A stretch of DNA of 64,000 nucleotides, from positions 1-64,000 of IMG/VR virus record IMGVR_UViG_3300032291_002524. One strand, given 5' to 3'. Positions 21,406 through 31,588 of this stretch are shown here, in pieces (within the stretch, counting starts at the first letter, position 1; each line of letters starts with the position of its first letter). Under the pieces are notes generated by a model, which saw nothing but the letters and a program-made list of their open reading frames with translations, did not search any database and was not told the DNA's origin. Position numbers and translations under genes: made by a program. The DNA is from a virus.

Positions 21406-22160
21406 TGTCGTTAACACCAATCTATTCAAGTGAAACGGGTAATAATCAAGTAAAAAAAGGGAAAAAGGTTAAAACCACGTCTAATTATTTTGACGTGAGA
21501 GAAGAACAGGCAGTCATTTTATTTTTAAATGCCGAAACAATAGAAGAAAGAAATATCATTTATAATGAATATTTAAAACACCCGATTGAAAAAATGGTAT
21601 CTTCAATAATAAGAAGATACAAACTTTATAGAAAAGATATGACGTTTGATGAAATATTGAACGATACTCATTCTTTTTTAATTACAAAATCTGACAGATT
21701 TGTACCGGATAAGAATAAGCGAGCTTATTCTTATTTCGGCACTATTTGTAAAAACTATTTAATGGGTCAAATTATTAAGGACCAAAAAGAAATTAATAGA
21801 AAAATATCGTATGAAGACATATCTTCTTCATTAGAAGAAAGACCTGATATGGTTTATTATTTAGATAGTGATGTGGTTGATACTGAAAAAATAATTGAAG
21901 AATATGTTCAAAAATTGAAAGATTATAATCAATTGTCATCACTGAATGATAATGAAAGAAAATTAGGAAAGTCGTTAATTGATTTGTTCGAAAATTATGA
22001 TAGTATTTTTGTTGGTAGTGATAATAAAAAATTTAATAAAAATTTAGTATTATTATCATTAAGGGAAATGACAAATTTATCGACAAAAGAAATACGGTTA
22101 AGTATGCGAAAATTTAAAAAATTGTATTTTGATTTCGTTAAAAAAATCGATAGTCGATAA
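21405..22160 (+). CDS. T4 gp55-like late sigma factor (putative)
   Basis: Region-2-like RFVPDKNKRAYSYFGTICKNYL resembles the gp55 F.P.K...F.YFT signature; sits at the start of the structural genes. Confidence 0.6.
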   Translation: MSLTPIYSSETGNNQVKKGKKVKTTSNYFDVREEQAVILFLNAETIEERNIIYNEYLKHPIEKMVSSIIRRYKLYRKDMTFDEILNDTHSFLITKSDRFVPDKNKRAYSYFGTICKNYLMGQIIKDQKEINRKISYEDISSSLEERPDMVYYLDSDVVDTEKIIEEYVQKLKDYNQLSSLNDNERKLGKSLIDLFENYDSIFVGSDNKKFNKNLVLLSLREMTNLSTKEIRLSMRKFKKLYFDFVKKIDSR

Positions 22161-22186
22161 AATATTATTTTTAATATTTATAATAT

Positions 22187-22567
22187 ATGTCAAGACCTAA
22201 AAAAAAGGAAATATCATTAAATAAAGAATCTGTATTATCATTAATGCAGGAGATATATAATGAATTGGTAGAGCAAAGAGCGACAGCAATTAGAATTCAA
22301 AATAAAATGTTAAATTTAATGAATAACAGTACCGATATGGCAATTATCGGACCAATCATTAAAGAACAACAAAAAATAATTAACGATACTGTTGATAAAA
22401 AATTAGCACTGTCCAAATTACAATCAACAATTTGGGAAAAAGCAACGCAAAGAAACGATAATGAAAACTTTAGTATTACCGATATTGATGATTCATTAAT
22501 TCAAGATTTATTAAAACAAGATATATCCAAAGGTAACGATACTGACACATATTTAATGAATAAATAA
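22187..22567 (+). CDS. Hypothetical coiled-coil protein
   Basis: 126-aa ORF preceded by TATTTAT-N5-ATG. Confidence 0.65.
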   Translation: MSRPKKKEISLNKESVLSLMQEIYNELVEQRATAIRIQNKMLNLMNNSTDMAIIGPIIKEQQKIINDTVDKKLALSKLQSTIWEKATQRNDNENFSITDIDDSLIQDLLKQDISKGNDTDTYLMNK

Positions 22568-24552
22568 TGGCAGAAGGACAATCAAATTCAGAACAAAATA
22601 AAGAAATTGAAGACAAAATCAATGTAAATAAGATTGCTCTAAAAATTTTAAAGGACAAAAAGAAAATTCAAAGTGATGTTAAGAGTTCGGTCGAAAATTA
22701 TTCATCTAATGGTGATGGTTTAGAAAAAAATCTAAAAGAAAAAATAGATAATTATTCATCAGAACAATTTAAAAATAAAAAAAAACAATTTAAATCACAA
22801 GGTAAAAGCCAATTAAATTCTTTAGTTAGTATATTAAAAACATCTATGTTCGGTACTGGTAATACATCAACTGAACAATTTGTTACTGATATTTTTATTA
22901 AAGCTGCAAATAATTCTAAAGGTAGAATTAAAAATATCTTAACAACGGAAACAATATCAGCACTAGGTTGTTCTCAAGAACAATCATATATACCGAGAGA
23001 TATATACATTAGTGTTTCATCATTAGATATTTTCGGTAAAACATTAACAAATTCACCAAACTCAGTACCAGGTAAATATTTATATGAAAATCAATCATTT
23101 TCACCGGTATCAATACCAAGAGCATTCAATCGGGAGTTGTATAATAGAATTCAAAATCAAGGTGTTAGTTATTCACAAGAATATGGTATTAATTATTTAG
23201 GAGTAACAAATCAACCACTTTTTGACATTACATATGTTACTAAAAGCGGTCAAACATCTGGTTTTTTTTATAAAGTTGATTTACAACAAAGATATACAGG
23301 TTATAAAGTTGTTGATTTTTTAGGTGATTATTTAGATTCGATTGATGTTGTTAACATAAAGGAAATATACAAAAATGTGTTAGATTTATTAACAGGTTCA
23401 GTATCATTTTCACTTAAAATGGGTGACGATTCCCTTCGTGACCAAACCAAATTTGAAAAAATATTACAAAGAATATTGGGTCTTTGTTTTGATAATAAAA
23501 CTGAAATTGATGTTTCAGGTGTTGGTAAATTGGACCAATTGGACCAAGTTGACGACCAAATTTTTACCATGGATGAAATTGATAACTTAGAAATTGAAAA
23601 TAAAATAAAAAACCTTTTATCAGGTGTTGTTGAATTTCAAGATTGTGGTCAGGTTCAACTACCAATTTCATCACCGACAATATTAAACTTATTAGACGGG
23701 TTTGATTCACCAAACTTAACAACCAAAGATTATGATTTCTTGGCTAAAAATATGTTAGATACTTTAAGTCAAAATCCTGAATGGAAAATTAAATTACCTA
23801 ATGTTCCAAATTTATCAGACATTATTAATTTAGAATTTATTAAATTAATCCCAATAGCAATTATTAATTCGTTGTTATCACCAAAACATTTATTCCCGTT
23901 ATACGTTATGAGTAAATCTTTAGGTAATAATTTATCGGATGATATTGAAACCCTTGATGATTTTTCAAGAATTTATAAAAAGTATTTAATACAAGTATCT
24001 TCTAAAATTTCATCGATTTTTATTGAAGAATTGGTAAAAGAAATAAAAACCCAAGTTAAGGACTTAATTGAATCAATAATAAATCAACAGTTGCTTGAGT
24101 TAGTAAATAAAAAAAACAAAACAATACAATCTGTTTTACTTTTAATAAACGCGGGTCTTAATGCTGCAGCATTAATTTCAGATTATCGACGATGTAAAAG
24201 TATTATTGATGAATTACAAAATCTGTTGCAGGTTGGAATACGATTAGCGTCATTAAGTGGTGCTCAAATACCACCTGTTATTAATTATTTGGCATTTGCA
24301 AAACCGGGTATGACCCCCACGTCAATTTTAAAACGATATGTTCAAAAATTGGAAGAATCTGGAATTCCAACCGGTGATTTACCTGATGGAAGTCCTAATT
24401 TAGGTTTAGTTGCCCAACAGGCATTCAACGAAGCCTTATTAGATGAGATTGCCGAAAACGGTAAAGTATCTGTGGCAATTTCAACAAAAGAAGTTGCGGG
24501 GGCGTTATACGGACCAAACCCAATTATAAATTTATCAGGTAACTTAGAGTAA
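22567..24552 (+). CDS. Hypothetical, probably virion/baseplate protein
   Basis: 661-aa ORF directly upstream of the spike-like gene. Confidence 0.5.
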   Translation: MAEGQSNSEQNKEIEDKINVNKIALKILKDKKKIQSDVKSSVENYSSNGDGLEKNLKEKIDNYSSEQFKNKKKQFKSQGKSQLNSLVSILKTSMFGTGNTSTEQFVTDIFIKAANNSKGRIKNILTTETISALGCSQEQSYIPRDIYISVSSLDIFGKTLTNSPNSVPGKYLYENQSFSPVSIPRAFNRELYNRIQNQGVSYSQEYGINYLGVTNQPLFDITYVTKSGQTSGFFYKVDLQQRYTGYKVVDFLGDYLDSIDVVNIKEIYKNVLDLLTGSVSFSLKMGDDSLRDQTKFEKILQRILGLCFDNKTEIDVSGVGKLDQLDQVDDQIFTMDEIDNLEIENKIKNLLSGVVEFQDCGQVQLPISSPTILNLLDGFDSPNLTTKDYDFLAKNMLDTLSQNPEWKIKLPNVPNLSDIINLEFIKLIPIAIINSLLSPKHLFPLYVMSKSLGNNLSDDIETLDDFSRIYKKYLIQVSSKISSIFIEELVKEIKTQVKDLIESIINQQLLELVNKKNKTIQSVLLLINAGLNAAALISDYRRCKSIIDELQNLLQVGIRLASLSGAQIPPVINYLAFAKPGMTPTSILKRYVQKLEESGIPTGDLPDGSPNLGLVAQQAFNEALLDEIAENGKVSVAISTKEVAGALYGPNPIINLSGNLE

Positions 24553-24553
24553 T

Positions 24554-24754
24554 ATGGATAAGAATAAATTAAAAATCATAATTTCTGACGTTAAAAATCA
24601 AACCAATAAAGATTTATTAGAATCTTTAGAATTTTTATCGTTTGAACATGAAATTCTAAAAAATGATTTGTTAGAAAAGACAAAATATTTGGACGAGATT
24701 ACTAATATATACAACACAATATTAACTGAATATAAATTAAGAAGTAAAAAATAA
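24554..24754 (+). CDS. Hypothetical protein
   Basis: Short ORF tightly packed in the operon. Confidence 0.55.
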   Translation: MDKNKLKIIISDVKNQTNKDLLESLEFLSFEHEILKNDLLEKTKYLDEITNIYNTILTEYKLRSKK

Positions 24755-24761
24755 TTAATCA

Positions 24762-26321
24762 ATGGATAGTTTAGAAGTTAAAAACATTATCTATGACACA
24801 ATTGATAAGTTAGGATTAGGTAGTGTTATTTTTTATGGTCAGGTTGTTGATGTTGACGACCCCTTAAATTTGGGTCGTGTTAGAATAGAACCCAAAGATT
24901 GGGTTATTGAATCGTATAAAAGGGCGTATGATGTTAGAACATCCGATTTATGGACAAATAAAGACCCTTTTGTTTTTTTACCACTATTACCAATTTTCTT
25001 CTACCAAGTTCCAAAAAAGGATGAATGGTGTCATGTTATATTTTATAACACAGCATATACCGATAGAAATAAGTATTACATACAAGGGGGATTTTCATCA
25101 CCTAATAAAATAAAAAACGAACCATTAAGTTCATCGATAGTTAATAGTGCACTTGGTGAACGAAATAAAAAGGAAGAAAACTTAACACAAGGAACATTCG
25201 TAAAAAATCCTGAAAATAAAGACTTATATCCCGAACCAGGTACAATCGCTCTTTTAGGTAGATATAATTCAGATATTCTATTACCTGAAGGTGGATTTGT
25301 ATCAAGAGTTAATAAGATTGGTAATAGTTCTGACATTAACCCCACGTTTAATAAACGACATAGTTTTAACATGTTTCAAAACTATAAAACTAGAAAGGTT
25401 AAAAATGGTAAAACCAAATTTACTGAAAATGGTGAAGTAATACAGAATCTACAATATCTTATCGAATACAATGTCTATGGTGGTTTAGGAAGTGAAAACG
25501 GTTTATTCTCGGGGTATATTAACGTATATAAAATATCACCGTACCGACCAATAACCACAGCAGAAATTGACGAGAATACGTATAACGAAATACCTGAAGA
25601 TTCTAAAATCGGACCAATTTATCGTGAAGATTTTACATTCGAGACATTTGACAATATAACCAACGGTTTTAGGAACGCGATTAATAATATGAATAATTCC
25701 AAATTAATAGTTGGGAATTCAATAATTTCACAACCTTTTCCATTTATTTTTCAACCTGAAAAATCTTTTTTTGATAACTATAACCCTTCGGTAACAATGG
25801 TTAACACAGACCCTACAATATTTAATACAAGTGCATTCATATTAAATGTTTATTTAAATCAATTAACAAGTTTAAGAGGTTTTGGATTGGTATCCGAAAA
25901 AGACCGATTGGGTAAGTTAACGGAAGTATCAAATGTTGAATTGGAAAATATCGCAGAAGAACCTATTAATATAACTTACGGTATTAATGTTTCAGACACT
26001 CAATTTATATTATCACATGAATCCCAACCAATACCAGGTCTAAATAAGATTGATTTTCAAGACGCAACCTATGATAAGAATATCTTAAATCAAGATTTTA
26101 TTAATGATGTTTTATTACCAAATACTAACTCAATGGTTAGGGGTGAAAGATTATTAGAATTATTAGAATTAATGGTTAAATTTATGATTAATCATGTTCA
26201 CCCGTATCATGGTATGGTACCAAATAATACATCTGTTGATGGAACTACAACCCAAAAATTACTTGGTGAAATGTTAAACGCATATAATAACATGTTAAAT
26301 CAAAATTTGCGAATAAATTGA
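24762..26321 (+). CDS. Baseplate hub/central spike protein (gp5/gpV-like)
   Basis: N-terminal OB-fold GQVVDVDDPLNLGRVRI...P..DE; C-terminal HVH (HxH) tip motif. Confidence 0.65.
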   Translation: MDSLEVKNIIYDTIDKLGLGSVIFYGQVVDVDDPLNLGRVRIEPKDWVIESYKRAYDVRTSDLWTNKDPFVFLPLLPIFFYQVPKKDEWCHVIFYNTAYTDRNKYYIQGGFSSPNKIKNEPLSSSIVNSALGERNKKEENLTQGTFVKNPENKDLYPEPGTIALLGRYNSDILLPEGGFVSRVNKIGNSSDINPTFNKRHSFNMFQNYKTRKVKNGKTKFTENGEVIQNLQYLIEYNVYGGLGSENGLFSGYINVYKISPYRPITTAEIDENTYNEIPEDSKIGPIYREDFTFETFDNITNGFRNAINNMNNSKLIVGNSIISQPFPFIFQPEKSFFDNYNPSVTMVNTDPTIFNTSAFILNVYLNQLTSLRGFGLVSEKDRLGKLTEVSNVELENIAEEPINITYGINVSDTQFILSHESQPIPGLNKIDFQDATYDKNILNQDFINDVLLPNTNSMVRGERLLELLELMVKFMINHVHPYHGMVPNNTSVDGTTTQKLLGEMLNAYNNMLNQNLRIN

Positions 26322-26334
26322 TATTTATATATAG

Positions 26335-27828
26335 ATGTCAATTCATAGGTCATATTTTTCAAAAAACAATACTATAATATATAATAGTTCAGGAAACACG
26401 GGTCTTAATCCCGTGACCGAATTATTTTTTGGTAGAACCAATAATACACTATCAACTCCGGGATTTTCAAGATTCATATTCGATATTGATTTAACCCAAT
26501 TACAATCAAAAATAAATGATGGTGTTGTTTACACGGGTAGTCCAATGACTCATGTGCTTAAAATGACAAACACCTTAATGTTTAATTATGATTTATTAAA
26601 CACAACCACAACGGATAATAGACGAAGAGCATCATCTTTCGATTTATATGTTTTTAGAATACCTAAAATTGGGAATACGGGTCAAACATGGGATGAAGGT
26701 GTAGGATATGATTATTACGATAGTGATAGTTTACAATCGTCAAATGCAAGTCTAATAGGTAGTTCATATCGTGACAATGATAAAAATTATTCAAATAGAC
26801 CTTCAAATTGGTTCACTAGAAGTGTTTTTAATTCATGGTCAACACCGGGTATTTATGTAAATAATAATACAGGTATTGGTAATCAAGTCAATTTTTCTGC
26901 ATTAACCTTAGTATCTAGTCAACATTTCGATTTAGGTAATGAAAACTTAGAAATCGATATGACCAATGAAATTAATGGTGTTCTAACAGGGTCAACCACA
27001 GGGGTGACAGGTTGGATAATCGCATTTAGCCCCGAAGTTGAAAATATATCAGGTTTAACTGAAAATTATTCAGTTGGGTTTTATACTCGACACACCCAAA
27101 CTTTTTACGAGCCTTATCTTGAAACGACTTACAATGATTTAATCTTAGATAATCGTGATACTTTTTATGAGAATAAGGAAAACAAATTATATCTTTATTC
27201 GTATATTGATGGTGTTCCTCAGAATTTTGACAGTAATCCAACGGTTACTATTTATGATAACAATGACGATGAAATATCCTCGTGTGTTAATCTACCCACA
27301 ATTAGACGAACTGAAGGTGTTTATGAAGTAACAGTTCCCGTGTTAAGTGGGTATACAACACCAAATCAGTTTATGGATATATGGTCAAATATATCAATAA
27401 ATGGGGTTCAAATAAATAATGTTGAAAATAACTTTATTTTATTACCACCAAACAATTATTATCAAATTGGAACACAATCTAAAATACCTGAAAAATACGG
27501 ATTTACTTTTTCGGGGATTAAACAAGATGAAAAAGTTTTAAATAGTGATATTCGTAAAATAATACTAACAATCAAAAAAGCCTACACATCGAATGTTGTG
27601 TTACCACAATTTAAAGCTTATTATAGGATTTATGTTAGTGAAGGCCCTACCGAGGTTATCGTCCAAGATTGGACAAGAATAAATCAAACTCCAAATGAAT
27701 ATTATTTTATGTTTGATACTCGTGATAAAGTACCAAATGAATATTATGTGGACATTAAAGTTCTAACATCGGGTGAAATTGATACATATAAAAGACAATT
27801 AAAATTTCAAATAGTTAATAAAAAATGA
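26335..27828 (+). CDS. Putative virion structural protein
   Basis: Beta-rich, Thr/Asn/Gly-rich; SRFIFD...WDEG.G.D; preceded by TATTTAT-N6-ATG. Confidence 0.5.
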   Translation: MSIHRSYFSKNNTIIYNSSGNTGLNPVTELFFGRTNNTLSTPGFSRFIFDIDLTQLQSKINDGVVYTGSPMTHVLKMTNTLMFNYDLLNTTTTDNRRRASSFDLYVFRIPKIGNTGQTWDEGVGYDYYDSDSLQSSNASLIGSSYRDNDKNYSNRPSNWFTRSVFNSWSTPGIYVNNNTGIGNQVNFSALTLVSSQHFDLGNENLEIDMTNEINGVLTGSTTGVTGWIIAFSPEVENISGLTENYSVGFYTRHTQTFYEPYLETTYNDLILDNRDTFYENKENKLYLYSYIDGVPQNFDSNPTVTIYDNNDDEISSCVNLPTIRRTEGVYEVTVPVLSGYTTPNQFMDIWSNISINGVQINNVENNFILLPPNNYYQIGTQSKIPEKYGFTFSGIKQDEKVLNSDIRKIILTIKKAYTSNVVLPQFKAYYRIYVSEGPTEVIVQDWTRINQTPNEYYFMFDTRDKVPNEYYVDIKVLTSGEIDTYKRQLKFQIVNKK

Positions 27829-28526
27829 AAAATTTAAACGAATTTAAATTAACAGATATTTTACAAAATATCGCGGGGGATAAACTAAGGGCGGCAATAT
27901 CATCAATTCCTGGAATTGGAACTGCGGCTGGTGTTGGTGCAATAGTACTAAATTATTCAGAATTAAATGATGATTTAGAAAGATTTTCAGAATTAAAAAA
28001 AGATTTTGAAGATGGTAAAGGTGATAATGAAAATATGTTAGATGAATTCATTAAAATCGAAGAAGAATTAAAGACAGATTTTATAGATATGTTACAAGCT
28101 GCCGGTGAGATTGCAATACCGGGATTCAAAATTTTCAACATTATTGGTATGCCGTTATTAACGTCTTTATCAATTGAAAGTATTTTGGATGAAATTAGTA
28201 ATGTATTACCTTTTGATGAAAATGTTGAAGACTCTATGGTACCGTATTTGGCAGCAATTAAAGATATTTCAAGAATTAAGAAAAAATTAACAAACGAAAA
28301 AAGTAATGTTGATAACCCTGATAATTTTATGGATGACATTTTAGAACCTGTAATGGAGGGTAAGAAAAAAACGGGAACCAAACTTTGTTCAAGAGGTATT
28401 TCAGCGGCTAAATCAAAGTTTGACGTATGGCCAAGTGCGTACAGTTCGGGATATGCCGTTCAAGTATGTAAGGGTAAAATTAAAGGTTTGGATGGTAAAA
28501 AGAAATGTTCTGGCGTGTATTGTTAA
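27825..28526 (+). CDS. Hypothetical protein with a basic Cys-containing C-terminal module
   Basis: Acidic body followed by KKKTGTKLCSRG..AAKSKFDVWPSAY..GYAVQVCKG. Confidence 0.6.
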   Translation: MKNLNEFKLTDILQNIAGDKLRAAISSIPGIGTAAGVGAIVLNYSELNDDLERFSELKKDFEDGKGDNENMLDEFIKIEEELKTDFIDMLQAAGEIAIPGFKIFNIIGMPLLTSLSIESILDEISNVLPFDENVEDSMVPYLAAIKDISRIKKKLTNEKSNVDNPDNFMDDILEPVMEGKKKTGTKLCSRGISAAKSKFDVWPSAYSSGYAVQVCKGKIKGLDGKKKCSGVYC

Positions 28527-29432
28527 TTATTTATCAGTGCTGTCGTCCAAATCAGTTGTTTTAAATTTATTATTTGAATATTCCATAAATAAATTTAAAA
28601 TCATTGATAATTTACCGTATAGGTTTTCTCTATCGAATTTATTACCTAATAATTTACTGCTCATAGGATTATTGTTATCATCGTAAATAACAAGACCTAA
28701 TGGTGCAGGAAATCTACCACCTAAATAATTAGCATTTGGTTTATTTATAAAAATACCATATTTGGTACTACCTAATTTATCCGATAAATCTTTATTTTTA
28801 ATAATCAGATACCCAAGACTTCCTGATTTGATGTGTTTATTAAACCATTCTGAACCTTTTTCATCTCTTCCTGTTGTACACCATTTAGTTCCAGCACCGT
28901 ATTTACAAGATGCGTTATGTGTATAAGGAATTACCATTAAAAAATTATCGTCTTCATATATTTTATTATATTCTTCAAAATCAACTTTAAATTTTTCAGA
29001 TAATACTTTTTTATTAATTAATGATTCTTTTTTACTTTTAGGTTTATATGAAGTGTAGACGGGTTTCTGACCTTTACCTGTTTGAGTATCTTTCTTTTCT
29101 GCTCTTCTTTTTTGTGAACACGCTGCCCTTTTTTGAGCATCTGTCATTTTACTGGCAACACCCGCGGCTCGACATTTTGGATACGCACCTTTATCCGCAT
29201 TATCACGACCACAAGGAGGATGACCACCACCTTCTTTTTTTCTACAAATATTTACCCAAGGACCCTTAGGTTGTTTAGAACCCTTAGGCTTCTTTTTTGT
29301 TCCAAACCAAACCGCTAAATCTTCAACTATTTTGGTTTTATCGATAGTCTCTACAATAGAATCTTTATTGTTTGACCAAACAATAATATCATTGTTTTTA
29401 ACATCTTTAATTGACACTTTATTTGTTAACAT
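28527..29432 (-). CDS. Modular hypothetical protein (basic WFG/CGR/YPKC module plus ASCxYGxxTKWC domain)
   Basis: 301-aa ORF; second domain shared with 48521-50674. Confidence 0.65.
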   Translation of the reverse strand: MLTNKVSIKDVKNNDIIVWSNNKDSIVETIDKTKIVEDLAVWFGTKKKPKGSKQPKGPWVNICRKKEGGGHPPCGRDNADKGAYPKCRAAGVASKMTDAQKRAACSQKRRAEKKDTQTGKGQKPVYTSYKPKSKKESLINKKVLSEKFKVDFEEYNKIYEDDNFLMVIPYTHNASCKYGAGTKWCTTGRDEKGSEWFNKHIKSGSLGYLIIKNKDLSDKLGSTKYGIFINKPNANYLGGRFPAPLGLVIYDDNNNPMSSKLLGNKFDRENLYGKLSMILNLFMEYSNNKFKTTDLDDSTDK

Positions 29433-29465
29433 TAATTAAGTATATTTTAATTATAAATATCACGT

Positions 29466-29711
29466 ATGGCAAATAGATTTAATATTTTTGAGAAATATCC
29501 CATTGAAAATAATATCGAATTTGAAATGTTATTATCGACCATCGAAAAAGAACAATCATTATTTTATTTGATAGAGTCAGTTAAATATGCCAATAGTTGT
29601 GGCGTTTTCTCAATGGAAGAAACTGAATTAATTTCAAAATGTATTCGAAAATTATACGAACCGCCGAAAACAATTATTGAAACTGATGAAAATAAAAAAG
29701 GGACGAATTAA
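29466..29711 (+). CDS. Hypothetical protein
   Basis: 81-aa ORF ending in a bidirectional terminator. Confidence 0.55.
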   Translation: MANRFNIFEKYPIENNIEFEMLLSTIEKEQSLFYLIESVKYANSCGVFSMEETELISKCIRKLYEPPKTIIETDENKKGTN

Positions 29712-29721
29712 TCGTCCCTTT
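29697..29721. terminator. Bidirectional intrinsic terminator downstream of the major capsid gene
   Basis: AAAGGGACGA-attaa-TCGTCCCTTT hairpin flanked by A and T tracts. Confidence 0.8.
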
Positions 29722-29743
29722 AATTTTTTTATTAAGATTATGA

Positions 29744-31549
29744 TTATCTCAATTCTCTTAAATCGAATGTACGAACACCATCCACAGTAATTCTACCATA
29801 GAATCTGTTGTTCACCATCTTCTTAGCGTATCTTGTCATGATACCTTTGATTGGTGTGAAGTTAAATGGATTGTACATTGTTGGTGTTAATTGTAATGGT
29901 ACGTATGGTGCGTAAACATAACCTGTATCCAACAAAGAGTTACCTTTATGACCCAACAAAACAGTATTAGGTGGGAAGTAAGGGTCTCTATACACTTGGT
30001 ATCTACCTGCCAAAGTACCTACTCTTTCAATACCCATGTTATATTGGTCTTGCTCAGGAGAAGCGTTTGACACGTGGAAGTATTCCAAATCATCAAAGAT
30101 TGCACTGATTTCAGAAGAAACAACAATCCAGTTTGCTCCACCTCTCAAAGTTGATTTGTGGATTTGAGCTGAAATTTGGTTGATAGCTGTAATCAATGTT
30201 TGATTCCAATCTTTTTGTGTATATTGTGTTAATGGGTTAGAAGCTGTACCTCTTTTCCATCCGTTGTAATCCCATCTCAAGTTCCAAGCCGCACCTTTTC
30301 TCAAATCTCTTAAGATTTCTCTATCGATTTCTGCTGCAACTTGCTCAGACAATAAAGCTGTTAATTCAGCCTCAGCGTCGATGTTATGGAATGCTGCAAC
30401 GTCTTGTGCCAATTCAGGTGACCATTGAGCTCTTAATTTTCTTTCAGTTACAGAAACAGTTACAGATTCTAAATCAAAAGAAACTTCACCAATTTGGTCA
30501 TCAAATTCCAATTCTCTGTATGCTCTAAATGTGGTTGTAAATTGTGTATTAATCGTAGCAGTTCCAGCAATTGTCGTTGTTAAACCTGAATAACCATCTA
30601 GTGAATTTGCTCCGATTGAACAAGGTCTTTGTAAATCAGCTTCTAAGTAGATGAATCCATTAGCATCACAAAGGTTATCATATGTACCACCATTTGCGCC
30701 ACCTGTTGGGAATGTTGTAGTTGTTTGAGAACCGTATTGAACGATACCTTTACCATATTTTTGAGTTACAACTCTAAATAATAGGTTTGAAGAACCCATA
30801 CCTGAAAATGCTCCACCAGCTGTTGTAACCGCTTTAACAGTCAAATCAGATAAGAATGACTCATTATCCATAACTTGACCATCAGGACCGATTAATTTAC
30901 CAGCACCTGCGTTACTGAAACCTGACATAACAAGTAACACTTTTCTATATTCACCAGCACCGTAACCTGATGTTACTAAATCTGAACCTGACCATGCAAC
31001 AGTTGAGTTAGAAGCTGTAACAGCACTGAAAGCTCCTTTAGAATAATCGAATATTCCTGGAGGGTCTAAAGTTGCTTCGTCACCTTCGTAGAATCTGTCA
31101 TACAAATTCTTATCGTTTGCAGCGTAACCAGTATCAGGTGATGCAGGTCCGTTTGGTGCTCCAAAAGGTGCGTAGTGGTTACCACCAGCTGTTGGGTCTT
31201 GACCCGTAGTGTAAGCTTGAATTTTAGGTACGAAGTAGAACAATTTACCGATAGGTAAGTTCATAGCTTGTACAGACACGATGTCGTTTGCTAACAATTT
31301 AGAGAAAACTCTTCTTACGATTGGGAAAACAACCGTTTCGAAAGAACCATCTGATGATGTGCTAGCCGCTTCGTTAATTAAGTGAGATGCTTGGTTTTCA
31401 TAAAGTTGAGCGATGTTTTCTTTAACATGACCTCTCAAATTTTCTAAGAAACCTAATTTATCCCATTTGTTGATTGTATCTTCTTTGATAACTTTAAGGT
31501 GCTTAAGACCGATATTACCAACAAGACCTGATTCTAATAATGCTCCCAT
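29744..31549 (-). CDS. gp23: Major capsid protein (T4 gp23-like)
   Basis: RRVF..L.A.DIVSVQ.M..P.G, RKLRAQWSPELAQD..A.H.IDAEAELT..LSE....EIDREI, YAPYVPL, GIMTRY. Confidence 0.97.
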   Translation of the reverse strand: MGALLESGLVGNIGLKHLKVIKEDTINKWDKLGFLENLRGHVKENIAQLYENQASHLINEAASTSSDGSFETVVFPIVRRVFSKLLANDIVSVQAMNLPIGKLFYFVPKIQAYTTGQDPTAGGNHYAPFGAPNGPASPDTGYAANDKNLYDRFYEGDEATLDPPGIFDYSKGAFSAVTASNSTVAWSGSDLVTSGYGAGEYRKVLLVMSGFSNAGAGKLIGPDGQVMDNESFLSDLTVKAVTTAGGAFSGMGSSNLLFRVVTQKYGKGIVQYGSQTTTTFPTGGANGGTYDNLCDANGFIYLEADLQRPCSIGANSLDGYSGLTTTIAGTATINTQFTTTFRAYRELEFDDQIGEVSFDLESVTVSVTERKLRAQWSPELAQDVAAFHNIDAEAELTALLSEQVAAEIDREILRDLRKGAAWNLRWDYNGWKRGTASNPLTQYTQKDWNQTLITAINQISAQIHKSTLRGGANWIVVSSEISAIFDDLEYFHVSNASPEQDQYNMGIERVGTLAGRYQVYRDPYFPPNTVLLGHKGNSLLDTGYVYAPYVPLQLTPTMYNPFNFTPIKGIMTRYAKKMVNNRFYGRITVDGVRTFDLRELR

Positions 31550-31588
31550 TGTATTTAATTTTTATTTTTTTAGTTTATTTTTATTTAT

